DNA from: an uncultured Verrucomicrobiae bacterium
GTDB taxonomy: Bacteria > Verrucomicrobiota > Verrucomicrobiia > Opitutales > JABDGR01
Assembly (NCBI GenBank): GCA_963765205.1
Contig: CAVXVB010000009.1
Location: 1,024,001 to 1,088,000 of the forward strand
Direction of reading: 5' to 3'
DNA length: 64,000 bases
The translations under genes and the position numbers were made by a program. The notes beneath the pieces are model-generated. The model did no database searches. It was not told where the DNA came from and saw only the letters and a program-made list of their open reading frames with translations. Positions 28,708 through 38,674 of the stretch are shown in pieces. The number at the start of each line of letters is the position of its first letter. Positions within the stretch are counted from its first letter, which is position 1.

Positions 28708-31700
28708 TCACACACCCGCCACCGGCGTGCGCAAATCCAGCGTGAAGGGGAACTCCGGCAGCATTTCCTCGCGCGGCAGTGCCGCGAGCGGCCCCGCTGT
28801 GTGCCCGGTCGGAAAATACCGCGCCAGCCGCCGGCTCTCCGCCTCGTAGGCGTTCACCGGGAAGGTCACGTAATTGCGCCCGCCCGGATGCGCGACGTGA
28901 TAGGTGCAGCCGCCCACCGCCCGCCCGTTCCACGCGTCAATCAAGTCAAACACCAGCGGCGCGTTCGACTTGATCGTCGGGTGCAAACATTCCGGCGGCT
29001 GCCACGCGCGGTAACGCACCCCCGCCACGTATTCGCCGACCGTCCCCGTGTTGTGCAGCGGCACCCGCCGCCCGTTGCAGGCGACCATGTAACGCTCCGG
29101 GTTCAGCCCGCGCGCCCGCACCTGCATCCGCTCGACCGAGCTGTCCACGAACCGCACCGTGTTGCCCGCCGCGCCCGTCTCGCCCATGACGTGCCACGGC
29201 TCGAGCGCGTGGCGCAGCTCCAGCTCGACCTCGCGGTAGTGCGTCTTGCCGTAGAACGGAAACTTGAACTCAAAGTGCGGCGCAAACCACGCGTCGTCGA
29301 ACGCCAGCCCGTGCTCGCGCAATTCGCCCAGCACGTCGCCAAAATCCTGCCACACAAAATGCGGCAGCATCCAGCGGTCGTGCAATTCCGTGCCCCAGCG
29401 CGTCAGCCGCGCGGGCTCATACGGCTGCTCCGCAAACCGCGCGACCAGCCCGCGCAAGAGCAACTGCTGCGCGAGGCTCATCCGCGCGTGCGGCGGCATC
29501 TCGAACGCCCGCATTTCCAGCAGGCCCAGCCGCCCGGTCGTCCCCTCGGGGCTGTAAAGTTTATCAATGCAAAATTCCGCGCGGTGAGTGTTGCCCGCCA
29601 CGTCAATGAGCAGGTTGCGCAAAATCCGGTCCACCAGCCACGGCGGCCCGCCGCGCGCCTCGCGCAACTTGGCGAACGCGATTTCCAGCTCGTAGAGCGA
29701 GTCGTTGCGCGCCTCGTCCACGCGCGGCGCCTGGCTCGTCGGCCCGATGAACAGCCCGGAAAATAAATACGACAGCGACGGATGCTGGTGCCAGTAGGCG
29801 ATCAAGCTCGCCAGCAAATCCGGCCGGCGCAGCAGCGGGCTGTCCGCCGGCGTTGCGCCGCCAATCACAATATGATTGCCGCCCCCGGTGCCGGTGTGCC
29901 GGCCGTCAATCATGAACTTCTCGGTGCCCAGCCGCGTGTAATGCGCGTCCTCGTATAGCCCCGTCGTGATGTCCACCAGCTCGGTCCAGTTGTGCGCCGG
30001 CTGCACGTTGACCTCGATCACGCCCGGGTCCGGCGTGACCTTGAGGACATTGAGCCGGTGGTCATACGGCGGCGGGTAGCCCTCGATGAGCACCGGCGTA
30101 TCCAGCGCCGCCGCCGTGGCCTCGATGCGCGCTGTCAGATCCAGGTAATCCTCCGTCGTCGGCAGCGGCGGCATGAAGACGAATAATTTCCCGTCGCGCG
30201 GCTCGACGCACAACGCCGTGCGCACGATCCAGCTCGCTGATTGCTGCGGCCCCGGCAAGGCCAGCGGGCTGCGTCCCGTCTCGCGCCCGGGTTGCGGCTG
30301 CCCGTGCAAGGTGCCCAGGCCTCCCTCACCCACACCGCGACCCCCGCCCGCGCCGCCACTCCCGCCCGGCGTCCCTGGCGCGCGCCCACCATGGCCCGCC
30401 GCCGGAATGCTCAGTTGCATCAGCATCTGCTCGCGCGACGGCAACGGCGGCTGCGGCGCCTGCGGGTCGGGCGTCACCACATAATAATAGTCGGCCGGCG
30501 CGGCCCACGGCGTTGATTCCGCCGGCAACCGGAAGCCAATCGGCGAATCCCCCGGAATCAGAAAGCAATGTTCCTGGCGCAAAAACCACGGCCCGCTCGC
30601 CCAAAACGGCCCAAAGTCCCCCTCCTTGCGTTGCAGCGGCAGCACGTAGCCCTTCACCGCCCCCAAGCCCTCCTCGAAAATTTTCGTCAGCTGCCGGCGC
30701 TCCTCCGGGTCCTTGAGATTGCTTTTGAACGGGTCCACGTTCGCCGGCAATTTGCGCTCCTTCCACAAATAATACCAGATGTCCTCGAACGCCGGCATCA
30801 GCCAGCGCGCGTTCACGCCCAGCCGCCCCACCAGTTCGCGCGCAAACTTCTCCGCCCGCGCCGCGTCAAAGCCATAATTCTTTTCAAAATCACCCACCAG
30901 CGCCGGATTCTCCCAAATCGGCGCGCCATCCTTGCGCCAGAAACACGCGTCCGACCAGCGCGGCAGCGATTCGCCCGGATACCATTTACCCATCCCCCAG
31001 TGCATCAAGCCGCCCGGCGCAAACCGGTCGCGCAAGCGCTTGATCAGCGTCGCCGACAACTTGCGCTTCAGCGGGCCCACCGCCGTCGTGTTCCATTCCG
31101 GGCCATCCATGTCGTCAATCGAAATGAACGTCGGCTCGCCGCCCATCGTGAGGCGCAAATCGTGGGCGTGGAAAATCGTGTCAATCCCGTGCCCCAGCGA
31201 CTCGATGGACTGCCATTGCTCGTCCGTATACGGCTTCGTCACCCGCGGCGACTCGTAGATGCGCTGCACCCCCATGAAATACTCGAACGTTGTCTCGCAC
31301 TTGGACAAACCGCCCGAGATCGGCGCGGCGCTCCCTGGCGCCGGCGTGGCCGCCAACGGAATATGCCCCTCGCCCGCCAGCAAACCCGAAGTCGGGTCCA
31401 GCCCAATCCAGCCCGCCCCCGGCAGATAAACCTCCGTCCACGCATGCAAATCCGTGAAATCCGCCTCCGCGCCCGACGGCCCGTCCAGCGATTTTACATC
31501 CGCCTTGAGCTGGATCAAATACCCCGACACGAACCGCGCCGCCAGCCCCAGATGCCGCAACAACTGCACCAGCAGCCACGCCGAGTCCCGGCACGACCCC
31601 TTCCGCAACGTCAGCGTCTCCTCGGGCGTTTGCACGCCCGGCTCCAGCCGGATGACGTAATCCACAATCTTGCGCAACTGCTGGTTCAGGTCCACCACGA

Positions 31701-32131
31701 AGTTCACCGTGTTCTTTTTCGACCGGCTCCACCCACGACAACAACTCGCGCAACTTCGGCCCGTCCGCCGTCGGCGGCAGATACGGCGCGAGGTCCCGCT
31801 TCAAGTCCGCATCATATTCAAAAGGGTAATCATCCGCATAAGGCTCGACAAAAAAATCAAATGGATTGAGCACCGCCATCTCCGCCACCAAGTCCACCTC
31901 GACCTTGAATTCCCGCACCGTTTCCGGAAACACCACCCGCGCCTGGTAATTCCCATGCGGGTCCTGCTGCCAGTTCAGGAAATGCCCCGCCGGCTCGACG
32001 TTCAGCGCATAGCTCAGTATCGCCGTCCGCGTATGCGGCGCGGGCCGCAGCCGGATGATCTGCGGCGAGAGCGTGACCGGCCGGTCATACCGGTAGTGGG
32101 TGCGATGCGTAAGGGCAACGTGGATAGCCAT
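28708..32131 (-). CDS. Transglutaminase-like / DUF2126 (putative amidoligase) protein (frameshift ~31715)
   Basis: [19 protein letters not shown] start; [46 protein letters not shown]; the two ORFs join at an A-run. Confidence 0.9.
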
Positions 32132-32341
32132 GGGGACAAGAGATGAGGGGGCGGCAACCGGCCAGTCACCCAGCCAAGCCGCTTTCGCCCCCCATGTCGA
32201 GATAGGACGTTAAACCTTAGCAGGTTTTAGTCCAAAACCAGCCCAGCCGCACCCTTCCCGACCGAAAAACCTTTTCAACTTGGCTTTTAGTATGCTATGT
32301 AAGGGTAACCAGGAGTTTGGCCCCGGCTCTTGCTCACCAAC

Positions 32342-32731
32342 ATGCCTACCAAGACTACAACCACAAAACCGGTGGCCGCCAAAAAAGCCCCCATTAAAGA
32401 AGCCGTCAAACCGGCTCCCGCGCCCGCCCAAAAAGCCGCCGCCAAGCCCGTGGCCAAAGCCACCGGCAAAAAAACCACCATCGTCGCCAAAATTGACGTT
32501 GGCTGGGGCAACAGTGTCTATCTCCGCGGCCACGGCGGCGGCCTCAGTTGGGACGTTGGCGTCCTCATGGACAACCTGAAAAAGGATGAATGGACCTGGT
32601 CGTGCCCCGCCGGCGACGGCCCCATCACCTACAAATTCGTCCGCAACGACGCCCATTGGGCCTTGGGTCCCGACCGCATCGCCGTCCCCGGCGAAACCTC
32701 CCTCACCGCCCCCCAGTTCCCGCCGTGGTAA
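32342..32731 (+). CDS. Small protein with Lys/Ala/Pro-rich N-terminus and CBM20-like beta domain
   Basis: KPVAAKKAP repeats; DVGWGNSVYLRG...LSW..G...W.W...YKF..ND..W. Confidence 0.75.
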   Translation: MPTKTTTTKPVAAKKAPIKEAVKPAPAPAQKAAAKPVAKATGKKTTIVAKIDVGWGNSVYLRGHGGGLSWDVGVLMDNLKKDEWTWSCPAGDGPITYKFVRNDAHWALGPDRIAVPGETSLTAPQFPPW

Positions 32732-32828
32732 GTGCGGGTGGGGGGGCAGGCGCGTGGGAACATTTGAGGATGACAATTGTGACGAGTGCCATGCATCGTC
32801 TGCAACCTGCAACTTGCAACTCACGCCC

Positions 32829-33554
32829 CTACTCATCCTCCGTAATTTCCATCATCCGCCGCCGCAGCTCGCGCACCGCCGTTTCGCCGTCGGCGCCGAG
32901 GGTCGCGTAACTGCTGAGGAAGCGCACGTTGATCTGTACCGTCGAAAACGGCCGCGGCAGGTAGAACCGGTCCCAACTGTGCAACCGCCGCGCCGATTGG
33001 AACCGCGCCGAATACAAAATCATCGGCGCATGGGACAGCCGCGCCAGCAGGAGCATCCCTGGCTTCACCTCGTAACACGGCCCCCGCGGCCCGTCCGGCG
33101 TAATGCCCACATCCGCGCCCGTCTCCCGCGCCGCCAGCAGCTCGCGCAACGCCTGCATTCCCCGCCAACTGCTCGACCCGCGCACGCAATCAATGTTCAG
33201 CAACTTGAAAAACGCCGCCAGCCACGCCCCATCCCGGCTCGCGCTGATCAACGCCACCAGCCGCTGCCCCTTCCGGTAGCGCCGCTGCACCTCGCCCACG
33301 ATGAACAACCGGTTGTGCCACGTCGCCAGGATGATCGGCTGCTCGCGGTAACTCAGCCACGCCTGCTCCTGCTCCGTGATGTCGAACCGCAATGTCGCCG
33401 CCCACAACCGCACCACCCACGCCACCGGCAGCAGCAGCGCATACCGCCACCAACTCACCTCATTGACCCGCCGCTTCGGCGGCGGCGGCAGCGCGCCCGC
33501 GTCGGACGGCCCAGCCCCCTCCTCGGTTCCAGTCGGTTCAAGCGGTTCGTTCAT
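32829..33554 (-). CDS. DUF374 lysophospholipid/lipid A acyltransferase family protein
   Basis: WHNR, LISASRDG, VRGSSS, ITPDGPRGP, SWDRFYLP.PFS. Confidence 0.9.
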   Translation of the reverse strand: MNEPLEPTGTEEGAGPSDAGALPPPPKRRVNEVSWWRYALLLPVAWVVRLWAATLRFDITEQEQAWLSYREQPIILATWHNRLFIVGEVQRRYRKGQRLVALISASRDGAWLAAFFKLLNIDCVRGSSSWRGMQALRELLAARETGADVGITPDGPRGPCYEVKPGMLLLARLSHAPMILYSARFQSARRLHSWDRFYLPRPFSTVQINVRFLSSYATLGADGETAVRELRRRMMEITEDE

Positions 33555-33748
33555 AAAGACCCGAACACGCTAGGAAAAAAGCCCCCCGTAGGAAAGTTAA
33601 TTGCGCGCTCTTTATTCGGAGAAACCATTCACCGCAAAGAAACGAAGATCGCAAAGAAAGGATTTGCATCAACAACCCCCTTCGCGCTCTTCGCGCCTTC
33701 GCGGTGATTTAACTCGAAACTCGAAACTCAAAACTCGAAACTAACTCC

Positions 33749-34261
33749 ATGCCCCCCGCCTGCCCCCACCTCCCCCCCGCCCCCGAAAAAATGGACTGGC
33801 GCGACCTCCGCCGCCACGGCGGCGAACGTGGCGCGGAATTTTATCTCACGGCGCTCACCTACGGGCAGCACCTCTGGCAACGCGGCCTCGCCGCCCGCGC
33901 CCTCCTCGCCGTGGACCGCGCTCTGCTGGCCGACCTCCCGCCAGGCGACCCCATCCTCGCCGCCTGGCCCCCGCCCTACCGCGCCCTCCGCTGGATCATG
34001 GACACCGCCAGCCATGCCGCCCTCGTCGGCAACCCCCGCGTCCATTACCAGCATCTTGCCGGGCGTATCCGCGGCCCGCGTGCCGCACCCCGCCGCGCCC
34101 GCGCCTGGGCCGCCTGGCACCTCGCCCGATTAGCCAACCCAATCTGGCCCGGCGACCCCAAACACCGCATCCGCGAACCTACCCTTGCACAAATAACCGA
34201 AGCCCTCACCCACCACGGCCTTCCTGGTGAAGTCGAAATCTGGCAAAACGCGTGGGATTAA
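33749..34261 (+). CDS. Hypothetical protein
   Basis: 170-aa ORF filling the gap between repeat clusters; GNPRVHYQHLA.R motif-like segment. Confidence 0.65.
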   Translation: MPPACPHLPPAPEKMDWRDLRRHGGERGAEFYLTALTYGQHLWQRGLAARALLAVDRALLADLPPGDPILAAWPPPYRALRWIMDTASHAALVGNPRVHYQHLAGRIRGPRAAPRRARAWAAWHLARLANPIWPGDPKHRIREPTLAQITEALTHHGLPGEVEIWQNAWD

Positions 34262-34390
34262 ACGGATTTTCACCGCAAAGCCGCAAGGAGGCCAAAGGAA
34301 AACCTTGCACCAATCACATCCTTTGCGCTCTTCGCGCCTTTGCGGTGAATTTTCCTTTGCCGCCACTTCATCCCTCATCCTTCATCCTTA

Positions 34391-34861
34391 TTAATATCCC
34401 AGCCGCGCCAGCTCATCCTGCAAGGCGTATTGAAATTCCTGCAAGTCTGGCGGCTTGGGCTGGTAGCCCTTTGTCTTGGGCACAAGGCCGAGCCGCCCGG
34501 CCTGGTCCAAATGCCATTCCGCCGATTGGCCGTCGCTGAACGTCACGCTGCCGCTGAGCGCCGCGCCGGGGCGGACAATTTTGTCCACCGACACCCGCAC
34601 CTTGCCCGCGCCGGACGCCGCCGCACCCGGGCCGGCCACCGGCGGCGGGGGTTCCTTCGTCAAATCTGCGGTGACGGCGGTTTTCTGCGGCGCATCTTTG
34701 ACCGTCAGGTTCAAGTCATCCAGCAGGAAGCGCGTGTCCATGTAGGTCAGCGAGAGGGACAGTTCGCTCGCCAGGCGTTTTTGCACCGCGGCCAGCGTCG
34801 CGCCTTCGGTAACCCATTTCGTAACTTGGGCTTTTTGATCTTCGGTGAGGGAAAGGGCCAT
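34391..34861 (-). CDS. Hypothetical protein downstream of dnaA
   Basis: MALSLTEDQKAQV...; the ORF-track N-terminal extension is translated heptamer repeats. Confidence 0.75.
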   Translation of the reverse strand: MALSLTEDQKAQVTKWVTEGATLAAVQKRLASELSLSLTYMDTRFLLDDLNLTVKDAPQKTAVTADLTKEPPPPVAGPGAAASGAGKVRVSVDKIVRPGAALSGSVTFSDGQSAEWHLDQAGRLGLVPKTKGYQPKPPDLQEFQYALQDELARLGY

Positions 34862-34870
34862 GGGGGACTG

Positions 34871-35000
34871 AGTTGCAGGTTGCAAGTTGAAAAGTTGCAG
34901 GTTGACGAAGGTTACAGATTGGCAGGTTGCCAGTTGCAGGTAAAGAACTGAAACGAAAGGCACACCCAACAGGCAACTTGCAACCTTCCAACCTGCAACC
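34871..35000. repeat. Heptamer tandem repeats in inverted arrangement
   Basis: (A/G)GTTGCA-type units at 34871-34945 facing TGCAAC(C/T) units at 34972-35000. Confidence 0.75.
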
Positions 35001-35004
35001 CGAT

Positions 35005-36381
35005 TTAGATCCGCTGTCCGAGCTGCTTGCTCAGCACGTCGACGGTGCGTTTGGCCGAGGCGTCCTGGTCCATCATGTTCTCGACCGTTTTGCAGGCGTG
35101 GATAACGGTCCCGTGGTCGCGTCCGCCAAAGGCGTCGCCGATTTCCTGCAAGGAATGCCCGGTGAACATGCGGCACAGATACATCGCCACCTGGCGCGGA
35201 AAGGCGATGTTCTGCGGACGCCGGCGGGAGAGCATGTCCCCCGCGCGCAGCTCGTAATACTTGGTGACGACCGCCTGGATTTTTTCCATGGTAACCTGGT
35301 TCTGCGCCTCCTCGTTGAGCATGTTCTGCAGCAGCCGCTCGACGGTGGGCACATCCAGGGTCGTCTTCATCAACCGCGCGACGCCCGCAATCTGGGTCAG
35401 TGCGCCCTCCATGCGGCGCACGTTGCGTGTCACGCGCTCAGCGAGGAACTGGATCACGTCCGCCGGCAAATCCAGATCAAGGGTGCGCGCCTTGGTGCTG
35501 AGGATCGCCACGCGCGTTTCCAGGTCCGGCGGCTGGATGTCCGCCATCATGCCCCATTGGAAACGGGAGACCAGGCGGGCCTCGAGCTTGGCAATCTCGC
35601 TGGCGGGGCGGTCGCTCGAGAGCAGAATCTGCCGGCCGGACTCGAACAATTCGTTGAAGGTGTGGAAGAACTCCTCCTGGATGCGCTCCTTGCCGGTGAG
35701 AAAGTGCACGTCGTCAATCAGCAGCGCGTCCACGCTGCGGTAACGCTGGCGGAAGCGCGTGACCGAATTGTCCTGGATCGCCTTGATGTATTCGTTGGTG
35801 AACTTTTCGGTCGAGATGTAGGCCGCCCGTGCGTCGGGGTTCATCTGGATGATGCAGTGCGCCACGGCGTGCATGAGGTGGGTTTTGCCCAAGCCCGTCT
35901 CCCCGTAAAGAAAGACGGGGTTGTAGGCGCGCGCAGGTGCGTTGGCCACGGCGATGCAGGCGGCATGCGCGAGTTGGTTGCCGGGGCCGACCACGAAATT
36001 CTCAAAAGTGTAACGCGGGTTGATCGGCAAGCCCTCATCGCTGGCCGAGTGGCGCGCGCGGGCGCGGCCCGGCGCGGTTTCCTGCAGGCGTGAGACGGGG
36101 ATGGCGGCCGGCGCCACCGCCACCGGAGTCGCCACCTTCATGGTCAACTCAATGGGCTGGCCGGCGGCCAGGTTCAGTCGGCGTTGCAGCAAATCGCAAT
36201 AGTTTTCCTGGACCCAAATCAGGGCGAAGTCACTGGGCATTCCGAGCACAATCGAGTGGGCGTCTTCCGCCAGGCACACAATCGGCTCGAACCAAGCCTT
36301 GTAAACTTCACTCGGAAACAGGGTCTGAAAATCGTTTTGCAAAGCTGCCCACAGGGTTTGGGGCAGGGTTTTAAGGGACAT
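35005..36381 (-). CDS. dnaA: Chromosomal replication initiator
   Basis: YTFENFVVG, YNPVFLYGETGLGKTHL, LLIDDVHF, QEEFFHTFN, RLVSRF, RQVAMYL, FGGRDHGTVIHA. Confidence 0.98.
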   Translation of the reverse strand: MSLKTLPQTLWAALQNDFQTLFPSEVYKAWFEPIVCLAEDAHSIVLGMPSDFALIWVQENYCDLLQRRLNLAAGQPIELTMKVATPVAVAPAAIPVSRLQETAPGRARARHSASDEGLPINPRYTFENFVVGPGNQLAHAACIAVANAPARAYNPVFLYGETGLGKTHLMHAVAHCIIQMNPDARAAYISTEKFTNEYIKAIQDNSVTRFRQRYRSVDALLIDDVHFLTGKERIQEEFFHTFNELFESGRQILLSSDRPASEIAKLEARLVSRFQWGMMADIQPPDLETRVAILSTKARTLDLDLPADVIQFLAERVTRNVRRMEGALTQIAGVARLMKTTLDVPTVERLLQNMLNEEAQNQVTMEKIQAVVTKYYELRAGDMLSRRRPQNIAFPRQVAMYLCRMFTGHSLQEIGDAFGGRDHGTVIHACKTVENMMDQDASAKRTVDVLSKQLGQRI

Positions 36382-36707
36382 TGGGGAAAGTGGGCAAACA
36401 GGTTGGATATTCACACTAGGGAGAGCGAGGGCATTTTGTGACACCAGCAGCCCGGGAGCACGGGCCGCGAGGGAATGTGCAACTCGTTGAGCGTGTCTAA
36501 GTTAACTTGCGATTGCGGAGGGAGGGGAAAAGGTGGATATTCATAAGATATTGGATTGGAATTGGTTATAATCGTTGCCTGCAGGAGGGACGAAGGCTTC
36601 GCAGAGAAACTTCGGGAGAGCATCTTTGCGAAAATTCGCCGGATTGGGCAAGTGACAAATAGGTAACTGAATTTGCGCCACCCTTGGCAAGGAGAACTTT
36701 TCGGAAG

Positions 36708-36744
36708 TTTTCCACAAGTTATTCACAAGCTCCATGCGTATAAC
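36708..36744. promoter_or_regulatory. DnaA boxes upstream of dnaA (candidate oriC/autoregulatory site)
   Basis: TTTTCCACA (36708-36716), TTATTCACA (36719-36727) and an opposite-strand near match TGCGTATAA (36736-36744). Confidence 0.65.
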
Positions 36745-36851
36745 TTTTGCCTCCTGGCAGCCCCGCCCCACCGCTTTGCGCGCGGGCAGCGGAGCGGCAC
36801 GGTAGGAGCCGGTAAAAAACATGCTGAAAATGAATTCAAACATCTGTTTGG

Positions 36852-37841
36852 CTAATCGTGTTGCTTCGGAGTGGAACGGGCCGCTGCTGCCGCCATATGA
36901 GCAATTAAACGCTCGTTAAATTCCTTCGCCGAATCATGCCCGATGGCCTTCAGGGCCTGCACCAGCGCCGCCACTTCGACCAGTCGCGCCAGGTCGCGCC
37001 CGGGCCGCACGGGAATCTGGATGTGCGGAATTTCCAAACCTAAAATCGTATGGTAGTGCTGCTCCAGCCCCGTGCGGTCCTCCTCCATCCCTGGCTCGTA
37101 GTCGGCAAAAGTCACCACGAGGTCCAAACGCTTGTCCAGCCGCACCGAGCGCACGCCGAACAGCTCGGCGATGTTGATGATGCCCAGCCCGCGGCACTCC
37201 ATGTAGCCGCGGTTCAAGTCCGCGCTTTTGCCGACCAGCTCACGCTCGCCGACCAGTCGCACATAGGTTATATCATCGGAAACCAAACTATGCCCGCGCT
37301 CAACCAGGGCCAGCGCGCACTCGCTTTTCCCCACTCCGCTTTTGCCGCGCAGCAGCGTGCCGACGCCCTTGATGTCCACCAGCGTGCCATGCACGGCGAT
37401 GCGCGGGGCGAATTTTTCCTCGAGCAGCACGGTGGACTGGGCCGTGAAGTCCTTCGTGTTGAGCGGGGTGCGGATCAGCGGCACGTTGGCCGATTTCGCC
37501 GCGCGCAGGAGCGGGCGCGTGGGTGCCAGGTTGCGCGAAATCACAATACACGGAATGTCCTTGGCCAGGATTTGTCCGACGATCAATTCCTGGGTTTTCT
37601 CCCGCAGGTCGCGCAGGTAGCCCATTTCGCCCGCGCCGAACAACTGGATGCGCTTGTTCGCAAAATACTTGAAATAGCCCGTCAGCGCCAGCGCCGGGCG
37701 GTTGATGCTTTTTTCCCCAATGATCTTGTCGAGCCCACTTTCGCCCACCACCATTTCGAGTTCGAGGTTTTTTTTGAACGAGTTGTAAAACTCACGCACC
37801 GTGAGGGTCTCGAGAATTTGGTGCGAATCGCGCGCGGCCAT
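36852..37841 (-). CDS. hprK: HPr(Ser) kinase/phosphorylase
   Basis: [52 protein letters not shown]. Confidence 0.96.
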   Translation of the reverse strand: MAARDSHQILETLTVREFYNSFKKNLELEMVVGESGLDKIIGEKSINRPALALTGYFKYFANKRIQLFGAGEMGYLRDLREKTQELIVGQILAKDIPCIVISRNLAPTRPLLRAAKSANVPLIRTPLNTKDFTAQSTVLLEEKFAPRIAVHGTLVDIKGVGTLLRGKSGVGKSECALALVERGHSLVSDDITYVRLVGERELVGKSADLNRGYMECRGLGIINIAELFGVRSVRLDKRLDLVVTFADYEPGMEEDRTGLEQHYHTILGLEIPHIQIPVRPGRDLARLVEVAALVQALKAIGHDSAKEFNERLIAHMAAAAARSTPKQHD

Positions 37842-37900
37842 GACGAAGAGAAGTTGGAGCGGAAAGGCGGGGCGGCAAGCCAACGCCATTTGCGGGGATT

Positions 37901-38671
37901 TTACAACTGGAAATGTTCGCCGAGGTAGAAACGCCGCGCCTGGGGGTCGTTGACCAGGGCCTCGCGCGGACCTTCGCAGAGCACGCGCCCCTCGTGGATG
38001 AGGTAGGCCCGGTCCACGATGCGCAAGGTCTCGCGCACGTTGTGGTCGGTGATCAGCACGCCGATCCCCTTGGCTTTCAGGCCCACGACGATGTCCTGCA
38101 CCTCGCGCACGCTGATCGGGTCCACGCCGCTGAACGGCTCATCCAGCAGCAAGAATCGCGGCCGCACCACCAGCGCGCGGGTAATCTCGAGCCGCCGCCG
38201 TTCGCCGCCACTGAGCGTGTAGGCCTTCTGTCCGGCGAGTTCCAGCAAGTTGAGTTCCTGCAACAATGAGCGAATCAGATCCGCCTGCTCCGCACGCGGG
38301 GTGGCCAGCGTCTCGACAATCGCCTGAATGTTCTCCCAGACGGTCAGCTTGCGAAACACCGACGACTCCTGGGGCAGGTAGCCCAAGCCCAGCCGAGCGC
38401 GCCGATACATCGGCAGCCCCGTGATCTCCACGCCATCCAGCAGCACGGTGCCCTTGGACGCGGGCGCCAGTCCCACGATCATGTAGAAGGTCGTCGTTTT
38501 GCCCGCGCCATTCGGGCCGAGCAAGCCGACAATCTCCCCGCCGCTTACGCGCAAATTCACCCCGCGCACCACTTCGCGCGCCCCGTAAACCTTGTGCAGA
38601 TCGCGCGCCTCAATCACCGCCGGGGCGGGCGGCAGGGGTGGATGCTGGGGGCTGGGCGCAGAAATGGGCAT
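37901..38671 (-). CDS. lptB: LPS export ABC transporter ATP-binding protein
   Basis: [62 protein letters not shown]. Confidence 0.96.
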   Translation of the reverse strand: MPISAPSPQHPPLPPAPAVIEARDLHKVYGAREVVRGVNLRVSGGEIVGLLGPNGAGKTTTFYMIVGLAPASKGTVLLDGVEITGLPMYRRARLGLGYLPQESSVFRKLTVWENIQAIVETLATPRAEQADLIRSLLQELNLLELAGQKAYTLSGGERRRLEITRALVVRPRFLLLDEPFSGVDPISVREVQDIVVGLKAKGIGVLITDHNVRETLRIVDRAYLIHEGRVLCEGPREALVNDPQARRFYLGEHFQL

Positions 38672-38674
38672 GGT

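Noticed and set aside
31705..31725. Programmed ribosomal frameshifting at GAAAAAG in the transglutaminase gene and in recF (~60740)
   Set aside because: These are not full X_XXY_YYZ slippery heptamers, the two sites need opposite shifts, and similar indels occur window-wide.
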